This document shows, in pieces, positions 40,899 to 50,552 of a stretch of 64,000 nucleotides of DNA (positions within the stretch are counted from its first letter, which is position 1; the number at the start of each line of letters is the position of its first letter). This stretch comes from Pelagibacteraceae bacterium AG-337-G06 (GTDB lineage Bacteria > Pseudomonadota > Alphaproteobacteria > Pelagibacterales > AG-422-B15). The notes under the pieces are model-generated. The model saw only the letters and a program-made list of their open reading frames with translations, searched no databases and was not told the DNA's origin. The stretch lies in assembly GCA_003282175.1 (NCBI GenBank), contig QBZX01000004.1, positions 71,853 to 135,852 of the forward strand. The letters run 5' to 3'. The position numbers and the translations under genes are program-made.

Positions 40899-42377
40899 TT
40901 AAGTCGTAAATTTAGTGATAAATAATTCAGCTTTAGACAAAATCTTTTTCTTTCTTTCGTTTTTCATTTTATCATAAACGCTTACCATCATATTCAGTCT
41001 TGGATTGCTACTAAAAAATTTTCTATTTTTGTTAATAAATCTCCAATAAAGACCATCCACCGTCTCACACCATTCACCTTTTTTAAAATCCATCATCTTT
41101 AAATAATAACTAGAACCACATATATATGGTTTTGTTGCAAAAATTCCTCCATCACTAAAAAGACCCATTCCATAAACATTGGGCACCATTACCCATTCAG
41201 AAGAGTCAACAAACATTTCCATGAACCATTTATAAACTTCCTTTGGCTCGATCTCACATAGATTCATAAGGCTTGATAATATCATCAGTCTTTCAATGTG
41301 GTGCGTCCAACCATATTTCAAAGCATTGTTAATTGAATGATCTAGGGGCGGTATCCCAGTCTCACCTGAGTACCATTCTTTTTTTAATTTTCTTTTATGT
41401 TTAAAAAAATTTCTCTTTTCCATTTCTTCTGAGTAATTCTGATAAATGCCTCTCATAAATTCTCTCCACCCAATCACCTGTCTGATGTACCCTTCTAGCG
41501 AGTTCAAGTTTACCTTCTTTTTTAATTTTCTTAATTCATCGACAATTTGCCTAGGAGTGATTAATCCAGTATTAATTAGCGGGCTGAGGGCACTATGAAA
41601 CAAAACATTATCTCTTTGGCTTACTGCATCTTCATAATCACCAAATAAATTTAACTTTTCTTTTATGAAATTATCTAGCCACATTGATGCCTCTTTATGA
41701 GTTGTAGGCAGCCAAAAATTATCAGTATTTCCCGGATGATTCTTGAAGGTTACTTCTACAAATTTTTTTAAAACTTTTGTATGTTTTGTTTCAGAAGCAA
41801 TTACGCGTTTTGGTAATTTGACAGTCTGAGGTAATTTTTTTCTATTATCCTTATCAAAACTCCATTTACCTCCAACTGGCTTTTCATCCTTGACGAGCAA
41901 ATCAAATTTAATGCGACTCATTTTATAATAATTGGCCATTAATGGCTTTTTTTTGTTGTCTAGGTATTTTTTGAATTCATCTTTTGTATTTAGAAACATT
42001 GGTGAGGTGACAATTACTCTTTCTAAACCAGCATTTTTTATAAATTTGTTTATTTTTTTTTCAAAAGGTTTGTCCTCAATCTCAAACGATAAAACTTTCC
42101 TTGATTTATTTTTTTTGATTGATTTTTCCAATTTATATTCGTACTGCGAGGAAAATTTATTTTTACAATCATAATAATCAACCTCAAAACCTTTATCTAT
42201 CAATAAATCACTATAACTGCGCATTGATGACAAGAAATGAAGTATTTTTAACTTATGATGTTTTTCATAAGTACAAAGACTTAAGTCCTCGGCCATAAAT
42301 ATTTTATAATCTTTGAACTCTATTAGGTGTCGAGGGTCAAATAATTGATTACCTAAAACTATAAATATATCTTTCAT
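40899..42377 (-). CDS. Cryptochrome/photolyase-related protein, prokaryotic (6-4) photolyase (PhrB/CryB) class
   Basis: VLGNQLF, HKLK..HFLSSMR, GGKWSFD..NRKK, FGDYEDA, LFHS.LS, RQVIGWREF, HHIERLM and KPY. Confidence 0.9.
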   Translation of the reverse strand: MKDIFIVLGNQLFDPRHLIEFKDYKIFMAEDLSLCTYEKHHKLKILHFLSSMRSYSDLLIDKGFEVDYYDCKNKFSSQYEYKLEKSIKKNKSRKVLSFEIEDKPFEKKINKFIKNAGLERVIVTSPMFLNTKDEFKKYLDNKKKPLMANYYKMSRIKFDLLVKDEKPVGGKWSFDKDNRKKLPQTVKLPKRVIASETKHTKVLKKFVEVTFKNHPGNTDNFWLPTTHKEASMWLDNFIKEKLNLFGDYEDAVSQRDNVLFHSALSPLINTGLITPRQIVDELRKLKKKVNLNSLEGYIRQVIGWREFMRGIYQNYSEEMEKRNFFKHKRKLKKEWYSGETGIPPLDHSINNALKYGWTHHIERLMILSSLMNLCEIEPKEVYKWFMEMFVDSSEWVMVPNVYGMGLFSDGGIFATKPYICGSSYYLKMMDFKKGEWCETVDGLYWRFINKNRKFFSSNPRLNMMVSVYDKMKNERKKKILSKAELFITKFTT

Positions 42378-42390
42378 ACATTTATATTAT

Positions 42391-42936
42391 TTAAAGACTT
42401 AGAGCTTTTTCAATTTCATTAATGAATTTTTTTGAATCTGGTTTAGTTAAGGCCGTAAAACCAGCAAGTGCATTTCCATTTTTATCAACAATAATTTTGT
42501 GAAAATTCCATCTGGGTACTCCTCCAATAAAACCTAATTCTTTTTTTGACCACTGAAAGAAAGGGTGAGCATTTTTTCCTTTTACAACATTTTTCTCTGT
42601 AAGTGGAAAGGTGATATTAAATGTGCTTTCACAAAATTCTTTAACTTGTGCATTATCACCAGACTCTTGATTCCCAAAATCATTAGAAGGAACTCCTATA
42701 ATAATCAATCCTCTATCCGAATAAGTATTGTATAAATCTTGCAAACCTTCATATTGGTAAGTAAAGCCACACAGGCTAGCAGTATTTACAACAACAATGG
42801 TTTTCCCTTTATAGTCAGACAATTTGATTATATCTTCTTCATTAATTGATTTAAAAGAGTGGTCGTGCGCATTCTCTGTCATAGCTGTACCCATGTATAA
42901 AATAAGAGTGATTGTGATTAAAACAAAATATTTCAT
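42391..42936 (-). CDS. Glutathione peroxidase family protein (Cys type)
   Basis: VNTASLCGFT.QY, GVPSNDFGNQE and PRWNFHK. Confidence 0.93.
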   Translation of the reverse strand: MKYFVLITITLILYMGTAMTENAHDHSFKSINEEDIIKLSDYKGKTIVVVNTASLCGFTYQYEGLQDLYNTYSDRGLIIIGVPSNDFGNQESGDNAQVKEFCESTFNITFPLTEKNVVKGKNAHPFFQWSKKELGFIGGVPRWNFHKIIVDKNGNALAGFTALTKPDSKKFINEIEKALSL

Positions 42937-44228
42937 TAGAAATTTATTAAGATATGTACGTAAACGCTAGCAAAGTAACCGATTGCTATGATTGGCGTCC
43001 ATTTCAAATGACCAAAAAAAGTATACATCCCTCTTGATTGTCCCATCAAAGCAACTCCAGCAGCAGAGCCTATTGAAAGCATACTTCCCCCTACGCCAGC
43101 AGTCAGTGTCACTAATAGCCATTGTGAGTCAGGCATTGAAGGCTCCATAGTTAGAACGGCGAACATTACCGGGATATTGTCGACAATAGCTGACAAAATT
43201 CCAACTAGTATGTTCGCATTGGTTGCCCCTAAATCTGTATACATAAATTGAGAGACATATTCCAAGTAACCTATAAAGCCAAGGCCTCCAACAGATAAAA
43301 TTACGCCAAAGAAAAATAATAAAGTGTCCCATTCAACATGTGCGACATTTTCAAAAAAATCATATTTTTTTTCTTCAATGTTAGTTGTGTTAATTTTTAT
43401 ATAAAAACTATAAAGTTGCAGGTAAGCTAATCCGGTCATCATTCCAAATACAGGTGGTAGATGTAAGAAGTTATGAAAACTAACCGCAGTAAGTATTGTT
43501 AAAAGTCCTAATAGAATTATAACCTTTCCTCCATATTTAATTTCAACAGTTTCTTCTGCAACATTAGGTTTATGATCTGATACAAAGAAATGCATTATTC
43601 CTGCAGGGATTATGTAGTTTACAATAGAAGGAATTACTAAAGCAAAAAATTGAAGAAAATCAAGTTGGCCTGCTTGCCATACCATTAATGTTGTAATATC
43701 ACCAAATGGGCTAAATGCGCCTCCAGCATTTGCTGCAACTACGATATTAACGCACGCTATCCCAACGAACTTAGGGCTTGAAGATCCAACGGCTACTACA
43801 ACAGCGCATAAAACAAGTGCAGTTGTCAAATTATCGGCTAACGGTGAGAGAAAAAAAGCGAGAACTCCTGTAATCCAGAACAATTGTCTATAACTAAACT
43901 GATTTTTTATCAACCAAGCTTTTAGTGAGTTAAAGACATTTCGTTCTTCCAAAGCATTTATATAAGTCATGGCGACCAATAAGAAAAATGCTAATTCAGC
44001 ATATTCAAGAAAACTGTGCCTTATCTCATGCTCAACCATTTCATAATGAGAGGTTCCTGAGTATGCGAATGCTACTATTCCCCAAATTAAACCGGCAGCA
44101 AGAACAACGGGCTTAGACTTTCTTAGATGAGTAAATTCTTCAGCCATAACTAGCGCGTAAGCAAAAACAAAAATTGCCAATGCGGAAAATCCAGCCCAGT
44201 GATAAGTTAAATCTAATGAATGTTCCAT
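42936..44228 (-). CDS. nhaD: Na+/H+ antiporter, NhaD family
   Basis: EEFTHLRKSKP, FLLVAMTYINAL, SPLADNLTTAL, NAGGAFSPFGDITT, VDNIP and GSAAGV. Confidence 0.9.
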   Translation of the reverse strand: MEHSLDLTYHWAGFSALAIFVFAYALVMAEEFTHLRKSKPVVLAAGLIWGIVAFAYSGTSHYEMVEHEIRHSFLEYAELAFFLLVAMTYINALEERNVFNSLKAWLIKNQFSYRQLFWITGVLAFFLSPLADNLTTALVLCAVVVAVGSSSPKFVGIACVNIVVAANAGGAFSPFGDITTLMVWQAGQLDFLQFFALVIPSIVNYIIPAGIMHFFVSDHKPNVAEETVEIKYGGKVIILLGLLTILTAVSFHNFLHLPPVFGMMTGLAYLQLYSFYIKINTTNIEEKKYDFFENVAHVEWDTLLFFFGVILSVGGLGFIGYLEYVSQFMYTDLGATNANILVGILSAIVDNIPVMFAVLTMEPSMPDSQWLLVTLTAGVGGSMLSIGSAAGVALMGQSRGMYTFFGHLKWTPIIAIGYFASVYVHILINF

Positions 44229-45745
44229 GTATTTTTCTCCAATATTTTATGAGCTAAGAAGAAATAAATAAAACAAAATATCAACAAGATTAATGATACT
44301 GAGTATGCCTCATTTATTCTATAACTTCCCATTAATCTATATATTGTTTGAGTAAGGGTTGACAAGTTATTCGTCCCAAAAAAAGAGATTACGACTAAGT
44401 CACTTGCAGACAATATTGAGGAAACACAAAAAGCTGTTATTAATGACTTTTTTAGCCCGGGAAAGTCAATCGTTAGAAATCTACTTAATCCATATAGATT
44501 TAAACTATTAGATATATCATCATTTTCTTTTATCATTCGAAAAAATGAAGGGGCTAAATAATTGTATGCAAATGGCAAAACAAAAAAAGAATTTAGAATA
44601 ATTACAATAATAATATTTGGGAAATACAACAAATTCAATTTAGATGATAATATGTAATATCCAACAGCCATAACCGCAGGTGAAAAAATTATTAAACTAT
44701 AGATTAAAGATTCTGATGCTTTAGTCTTCTTATTCGTCAGCACTAAAAGATTGTATGCCACTAGTATAGATATAATTCCTGAGAAAAAACAAATGATTAA
44801 TGTATTGTATATTGCTTCCCAAAGATATGTGTATGTTAAAATATTAAATAACTCTCTATTCATCCCCTTTACAATTATAAATAAAATTGGTGAAAAAATA
44901 ATTAATGTAATAATCAATAAAATTAGTAAACCAAGAAGATTAAGTAGAGTGAGATCGAAATATGTTTTAATCTGTCGTTTATCATCAATCAAAAAATTCT
45001 GGCTTTTAAAGTTTTTAAAAAAAATAAAATAAATGGAAAAACAAATTATAAGTTGGAAAAAAAGTAAGTTTAGAGCTGCATTAAAATCGTTAGAAAATAT
45101 TACTGAATAATAAATAGATACTTCCAAAGTAGAGTACTTGGGGCCTCCCCCTAAAATTAACACAGGGGTAAAACTTACAAAACAAATAAATGTTACCAAA
45201 ACAAAGAGACTAGGAATATTTTTTTTAATAATTGGCCATTCTGATGCAAGAAAAGAAGATATCTTTCTCAAGCCCATTTGCCTTGATAGCATTTTCTCAT
45301 TTGGACTGATCTCACTTAATGATTGATAAATAACTCTACCCACGAGTGGAGTATTTAAAATTACGTGACCAATGAGAATGCCTGTAAGTCCATAAATTTC
45401 AAAATAATTTCCATAAAAAGATAGAATCCCAAAAATTGTTATTATTGTTGGCAGTACAAATATTATTGACTGTGATTGCGCAATAATTTTTACAATATAA
45501 AAATTATTATATGTATTTAATAAAAAGGCTAAAAGAGAACCAACAATGATCGATAATAAAGCCGATAGTAATGATTGATAGATAGTAAAAAAAATAATTG
45601 AGGATATATAATTAGAAAATTCAAAGCTTGCACTTATCTTGTAGTGAGAGAAAATACCAATTAAAGGAAGCAAAATTGGCAATGTCACGAACGCTAAACA
45701 TATCCACGGAAAAAAATTTCTAGAATTAAGACGAAGCAACTTCAA
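44213..45745 (-). CDS. thiP: Thiamine ABC transporter permease
   Basis: Duplicated permease domains, GILIGHVILNTP, LILGGGPKYSTLEV, LTQTIYRLMGSYR; follows thiB. Confidence 0.85.
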   Translation of the reverse strand: MKLLRLNSRNFFPWICLAFVTLPILLPLIGIFSHYKISASFEFSNYISSIIFFTIYQSLLSALLSIIVGSLLAFLLNTYNNFYIVKIIAQSQSIIFVLPTIITIFGILSFYGNYFEIYGLTGILIGHVILNTPLVGRVIYQSLSEISPNEKMLSRQMGLRKISSFLASEWPIIKKNIPSLFVLVTFICFVSFTPVLILGGGPKYSTLEVSIYYSVIFSNDFNAALNLLFFQLIICFSIYFIFFKNFKSQNFLIDDKRQIKTYFDLTLLNLLGLLILLIITLIIFSPILFIIVKGMNRELFNILTYTYLWEAIYNTLIICFFSGIISILVAYNLLVLTNKKTKASESLIYSLIIFSPAVMAVGYYILSSKLNLLYFPNIIIVIILNSFFVLPFAYNYLAPSFFRMIKENDDISNSLNLYGLSRFLTIDFPGLKKSLITAFCVSSILSASDLVVISFFGTNNLSTLTQTIYRLMGSYRINEAYSVSLILLIFCFIYFFLAHKILEKNTWNIH

Positions 45746-46625
45746 GCCATATTTTTATGAGAGGATCGGCCTCTAAAAAATCATCATATTGAATCTCTTT
45801 AGGTTTCTTCAGCTTTCTCATCTTATCAGGAATATTGTTAACATTCTCTATTGCAGGGTACATTATATTCATCTGTGCTATTATTTTTTGAATGTCATCG
45901 CGAACCATAAATTCAACAAATTCTCTCCCAAGTTTTTGCTGTTCTGAGTCAGGTCTTACATAAACTATTTCTTTTGTTACAAGATGCCCGTCTGTAAATT
46001 CAATAGCTTTATATTTATATTCATCTTCATACTCTTGATGATAAAATGGCGAAGTACTATAGCTTAAAACTAAGTCAGCCTTGCCTTCAAGGAAAATACC
46101 ATAAGCTTCAGACCATCCGGGAGTATAAGTTAAAACTTTATTATTAAATTCTTTGAGTATTGTAGGAAAGTTATTTGGGTGAGTAAGCTTCATCCATCGC
46201 AATAAACCCATTCCAACTGGACTAGTTCTCGGGTCTTGTACGACTACTTTTAGGTTTTCTTGGTTAATTAATTCCTTAAAGGAACTTGGAATTTTATTAA
46301 AAGTTTCACTATTATATATAAATGAGAAATAACCATAATCATAGATATTCCAATTTTCAGATGAATAGTCAAATTCATGCATCTCAACTCCAAGTATTAC
46401 ATCCTTATCTTTTAAAAATATTTCATTGGCGAGTGTACCTGCCTGACTTGTTGAAATATATTGAATATCGCAATCGCAAATCTTTTCAAATTCAGCCTCA
46501 ATTATAGGACCAGGCCCCCATTCGGCAGAAAATGAGTCATAAGTACCTATAACTAAAACTTCCTTTGCAGATACTGGACTTATTGTTACTAAGATAAAAA
46601 ATAATGATAATATTTTGTTTTTCAT
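45726..46625 (-). CDS. thiB: Thiamine/TPP ABC transporter substrate-binding protein
   Basis: Signal peptide, TYDSFSAEWGPGP, DPRTSPVG, GWSEAYG and VLSYSTSP. Start set at ATG 46625 next to the riboswitch SD. Confidence 0.93.
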   Translation of the reverse strand: MKNKILSLFFILVTISPVSAKEVLVIGTYDSFSAEWGPGPIIEAEFEKICDCDIQYISTSQAGTLANEIFLKDKDVILGVEMHEFDYSSENWNIYDYGYFSFIYNSETFNKIPSSFKELINQENLKVVVQDPRTSPVGMGLLRWMKLTHPNNFPTILKEFNNKVLTYTPGWSEAYGIFLEGKADLVLSYSTSPFYHQEYEDEYKYKAIEFTDGHLVTKEIVYVRPDSEQQKLGREFVEFMVRDDIQKIIAQMNIMYPAIENVNNIPDKMRKLKKPKEIQYDDFLEADPLIKIWLEVASS

Positions 46626-46704
46626 ATTTGCCTCCGCTAGCATTATCTAGATCAGGTTAAGGGTCGTTTCCAAAGAAACCTCTCAGCAATTGCTCCCCGT
46701 GAAT
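46626..46704 (-). promoter_or_regulatory. TPP riboswitch
   Basis: Minus-strand GGGGAGC-AAUU-GCUGAGA...ACCC-UUAA-CCUGAUCUAGAUAAUGCUAGCGGAGG matches the TPP aptamer core; directly upstream of thiB. Confidence 0.93.
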
Positions 46705-46753
46705 AATTCAACTATACATTGAAAACTTATTCAATTTCAAATATTTTTTTCAA

Positions 46754-47188
46754 ATGCAATTTAATATTTTAAAAGATCAGTCAAATTTTATAAAAGATAA
46801 AGATCCAGGACCTTTTTCAAAAAATAATGGCTTTATATACAATATGGAATTAGATGGAACTTATTTTAAGGGCTTTAAAGTAGGGGAAGTAAACTGCAAT
46901 AAAGCAGGAATAGCACATGGTGGTACTTTAATTGCCTTCGCTGATGGCATTATGGGGTACACTGCATGGAAAAAAGGTACTTTTCCATGTTTGACGGCTA
47001 AACTCAATGCAAACTACGTTGGACCGGCTCCCAAAGGTTCTTGGGTATATGGTTTTGCAGAAATTACCAGGGAAACGAAATCTATTTTATTTATAAAATG
47101 CACATTATTTATTGAAGAGAATATTATATTTACTGCAGACGGTATTTTCAAAATTATTAGAAACAGAGGAAAGAAAGATCCATCATGA
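46754..47188 (+). CDS. PaaI-family thioesterase (hotdog fold)
   Basis: N..GIAHGG..IAFADGIMG and YVGPAPKG. Confidence 0.88.
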   Translation: MQFNILKDQSNFIKDKDPGPFSKNNGFIYNMELDGTYFKGFKVGEVNCNKAGIAHGGTLIAFADGIMGYTAWKKGTFPCLTAKLNANYVGPAPKGSWVYGFAEITRETKSILFIKCTLFIEENIIFTADGIFKIIRNRGKKDPS

Positions 47189-48183
47189 TAAACAAAAATA
47201 TTTTTAAATCAGCACGACATACTTCAAGCTATCTGTCTAGTGGTCCAGTTGATGGTCCTTTAGTGATGTTTTTTCACGGATGGCCAGAATTATCATATAG
47301 TTGGCGTCATCAACTTAAATATTTTGGTGAAAAAGGCTTTCATGTAATTGCGCCTGATATGCGAGGATATGGTGATTCCACAGTTCATGACAATAAAGCT
47401 GATTATTCTCAAAGAGAGATTGTGAGAGATATGGTTGAACTTTTTCAAAGTTTCAACAAAGATAATGTAATAATAATCGGGCACGATTGGGGATCTGAAA
47501 CCGCATGGTCAATGGCAAGACATTATCCGGGTCTTGTAAAAGCAGTTGCGTCATTGTGTGTGCCCTACGCAATGTTAGAATTAGATGTAAGCGAGTCTTC
47601 TCTAGAAAAATTAATTAATAGAAATACCTACCCTAAAGATTTATATCCCTACGGACAGTGGGATTATCAAGTTTTTTATATGAAGGATTTTGACAAAGCA
47701 TGCGCAGATATGGATAGTGATCCTTATAAAATGATAAAATTTGTTTTTAGAAGTGGGGATCCAAATACTGCTGGCATGCCTTATCCAACTTCAATAATAA
47801 CTAAAAATAATGGTTGGCTCCCAGAAGGTGGAGAACTTCCTGATATTCCAATAGACAACAAAATACTAAATGAGGAAGATGCTCGAAAATATGCGGGATA
47901 TTTGGAAAAGAATGGATTTTTTGGACCAAACAGTTGGTATGTTAATCACCAAGATAATAGAGCATTTGCAGAGGAAGCTGACAGCATTATTGATATGCCC
48001 TCGCTGTTCATACACGCGACTTATGATTATGTATGTGATACGACTTCAACTGGTGCTGCAGATAAAATGAGAGAAAAATGTAAAAATCTCACTGAAAAAA
48101 GAATTGATAGCGGCCATTGGATGGCACAAGAAAAGCCAGAAGAATTAAATTTAATTCTGGAAAATTGGCTTAAAGAAGTATAG
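47185..48183 (+). CDS. Alpha/beta hydrolase, epoxide-hydrolase-like
   Basis: [19 protein letters not shown] (Asp nucleophile), WDYQ and GHW. Confidence 0.88.
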   Translation: MINKNIFKSARHTSSYLSSGPVDGPLVMFFHGWPELSYSWRHQLKYFGEKGFHVIAPDMRGYGDSTVHDNKADYSQREIVRDMVELFQSFNKDNVIIIGHDWGSETAWSMARHYPGLVKAVASLCVPYAMLELDVSESSLEKLINRNTYPKDLYPYGQWDYQVFYMKDFDKACADMDSDPYKMIKFVFRSGDPNTAGMPYPTSIITKNNGWLPEGGELPDIPIDNKILNEEDARKYAGYLEKNGFFGPNSWYVNHQDNRAFAEEADSIIDMPSLFIHATYDYVCDTTSTGAADKMREKCKNLTEKRIDSGHWMAQEKPEELNLILENWLKEV

Positions 48184-48196
48184 TGAATTCCATGTT

Positions 48197-48273
<77 letters not shown>

Positions 48274-48279
48274 AAAAAT

Positions 48280-49317
48280 ATGAATACACCATCTGAATCA
48301 TTATTTTACATGCCACCTGAATGGTATCCTCACGAATGTTGTTGGATGCAATGGCCATCGGAATCTTTTCCGACGAATGCAACACCTTCATGGTCTCATT
48401 TTGATTTAGATAAGGGTCGTATTGCATGGGCCAATGTTGCTAATTCAATTAGTAAATTTGAAAAATTAATGATGATTGTTAACCCAAGTGATCTTAAAAG
48501 TGCGAAGAAATTATTGAATAGCAATGTTGAAATCCTAGAGCTACCTATTAATGATGCATGGTGTAGAGATTCAGGGGCGATATTTTTACTAAACGAAAAA
48601 AATCAGTTAGGAGGAGTTGACTCAGATTTCAACTGTTGGGGTTATAAAGAAAACTATGAACTTGATGATAAAGTTGCAAAGTTCATGATTGACCATTCAA
48701 ACTCTAAATATTTCAAAAATAACATGGTTTTGGAGGGTGGCTCTATACATGTGAATGGAAAAGGCACTCTAATAACTACAGAACAATGTTTGTTAAATAA
48801 AAATAGAAACCCACATCTTTCAAAAGATCAAATTGAATACAATTTAAAAAACTATTTTGGAATAGAGAATATTATTTGGTTAAAGTATGGTACGGATGAA
48901 GGGACGGATGGACATGTAGATAATGTCGCCTGCTTCTCAAATAGTGATACTATTTTGACGATGACATGCAACGACAAGAATGACTCATATTATGATCTTT
49001 TATCTGAAAATTTAGACATATTAAAAACTGCAAAAGACCAAAATGGAAAGCCGTTTAATATTATTGAATTAGAAATGTCAGATAAAAGAATTATACCTGA
49101 TGATGATGAACCAAGTTCTTATATCAATTTTTATATCGCTAATGACGCAATAATATTTCCAATTTTTGGAGATAAAGAGGCTGATGAAAATGCAGAAAAA
49201 GTAATTAAATCACAGTTTCCAAACAGACAGATTGTATGTCTCGATGGTCGTGATATATTGCTCGGTGGTGGAAATATACATTGCATCACACAGCAGCAAC
49301 CAAGGAGCGTGAAATGA
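48280..49317 (+). CDS. aguA: Agmatine deiminase
   Basis: [39 protein letters not shown] and [13 protein letters not shown]. Start moved to ATG 48280 because the longer ORF overlaps tRNA-Pro. Confidence 0.94.
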   Translation: MNTPSESLFYMPPEWYPHECCWMQWPSESFPTNATPSWSHFDLDKGRIAWANVANSISKFEKLMMIVNPSDLKSAKKLLNSNVEILELPINDAWCRDSGAIFLLNEKNQLGGVDSDFNCWGYKENYELDDKVAKFMIDHSNSKYFKNNMVLEGGSIHVNGKGTLITTEQCLLNKNRNPHLSKDQIEYNLKNYFGIENIIWLKYGTDEGTDGHVDNVACFSNSDTILTMTCNDKNDSYYDLLSENLDILKTAKDQNGKPFNIIELEMSDKRIIPDDDEPSSYINFYIANDAIIFPIFGDKEADENAEKVIKSQFPNRQIVCLDGRDILLGGGNIHCITQQQPRSVK

Positions 49318-50186
49318 GAGAAGTAACTTTAGCAGCAACGCAAATGACTTGTTCAAAAAACAGTTCTGAAAATATTGATAAAGCAGAAAGCATAATAAAA
49401 AAAGCAGCTGGTATGGGAGCTCAGATTATACTTATTCAAGAGTTATTTGAATCAACTTACTTCTGCATGGATCAAAAAGATGAATTATTTGGATTATCAA
49501 AACCATTTGAAAATCACCCCACATTAAAAAGGATGTCGAAATTAGCATCTGAACTTAAAGTAGTCCTTCCAGTTAGTTTTTTTGAAAAAGCAAATAGAGC
49601 ACACTACAACGCAATCGCAGTCATCAATGCAGATGGAAATATATTAGGAAAATATAGAAAATCCCATATACCCGATGGACCAGGTTATCAGGAAAAGTTT
49701 TATTTTAATCCTGGAGATACAGGTTTCAAAGTATGGGACACAGCTTTCGCAAAAATAGGAATTGGCATTTGTTGGGATCAATGGTTTCCAGAAGTTGCCA
49801 GAATAATGGCTTTGAAGGGCGCAGAGGTCCTACTCTATCCAACAGCTATAGGTGGTGAACCAGAAGATGATGGGTTTGATAGTTCAGATATGTGGCAAAG
49901 AGCAATGATTGGTCACTCTGCAGCAAATCAAATTCCAGTAGTTGCATCAAATAGAATTGGAACAGAGCAAGGTGAGGAAATATCCAATTACTTCTATGGA
50001 AGATCATTTATTACTAATCATGTCGGAGATAAGATTGCTGAGGCAGGTAGAGACAAAGAAGAAGTATTGATAGGCAAAGTTAATTTAGATGAAGCTGAAA
50101 ATTTACGAAATGTTTGGGGCGTATACAGAGACAGACGCACAGATTTGTATAGCGACTTACTTAAACTAGATGGTTCAGCAAATTAA
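49314..50186 (+). CDS. aguB: N-carbamoylputrescine amidohydrolase
   Basis: QELF, YRKSHIPDGPGYQEKFYF, ICWDQWFPE, YPTAIG and YRDRR. ATGA overlap with aguA. Confidence 0.94.
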   Translation: MREVTLAATQMTCSKNSSENIDKAESIIKKAAGMGAQIILIQELFESTYFCMDQKDELFGLSKPFENHPTLKRMSKLASELKVVLPVSFFEKANRAHYNAIAVINADGNILGKYRKSHIPDGPGYQEKFYFNPGDTGFKVWDTAFAKIGIGICWDQWFPEVARIMALKGAEVLLYPTAIGGEPEDDGFDSSDMWQRAMIGHSAANQIPVVASNRIGTEQGEEISNYFYGRSFITNHVGDKIAEAGRDKEEVLIGKVNLDEAENLRNVWGVYRDRRTDLYSDLLKLDGSAN

Positions 50187-50188
50187 TC

Positions 50189-50467
50189 ATGAAGGCAAAA
50201 ATATACAAGCCTTCCAAAACTGCTATGCAGTCAGGAAGATCAAAATTTAATAAATGGGTATTGAAAATCTCTGATAGTAAAAATCAAATCAGAGATACAA
50301 TGATGGGTTGGAATGGTGGCAGCAATACATCATCTCAAATTCAATTAAATTTTAAATCAAAAGAAGACGCTATTCATTACGCTAAGTCAAATAATATAGA
50401 TTATGAAGTTCTTGAAACCTCTGTGAGGAGAGTTATAAGTAAATCCTACGCAGATAATTTTAAATGA
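50189..50467 (+). CDS. NADH dehydrogenase accessory subunit (NDUFS4 / ETC complex I subunit family)
   Basis: AKIYKPSKTAMQSGR, MMGW, L.F.SKEDAI.YA and KSYADNF. Confidence 0.92.
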   Translation: MKAKIYKPSKTAMQSGRSKFNKWVLKISDSKNQIRDTMMGWNGGSNTSSQIQLNFKSKEDAIHYAKSNNIDYEVLETSVRRVISKSYADNFK

Positions 50468-50544
50468 GCGCCCGTAGCTCAGCTGGATAGAGCAACAGCC
50501 TTCTAAGCTGTGGGTCAGAGGTTCGAATCCTCTCGGGCGCGCCA
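50468..50544 (+). tRNA. tRNA-Arg(TCT)
   Basis: GCGCCCG/CGGGCGC acceptor, anticodon arm ACAGC-CTTCTAA-GCTGT, GGTTCGAATCC, encoded CCA. Confidence 0.96.
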
Positions 50545-50552
50545 ATAAAAAA

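Noticed and set aside
42760-42780. Selenocysteine in the glutathione peroxidase
   Set aside because: The active-site codon is TGT (Cys), not TGA.
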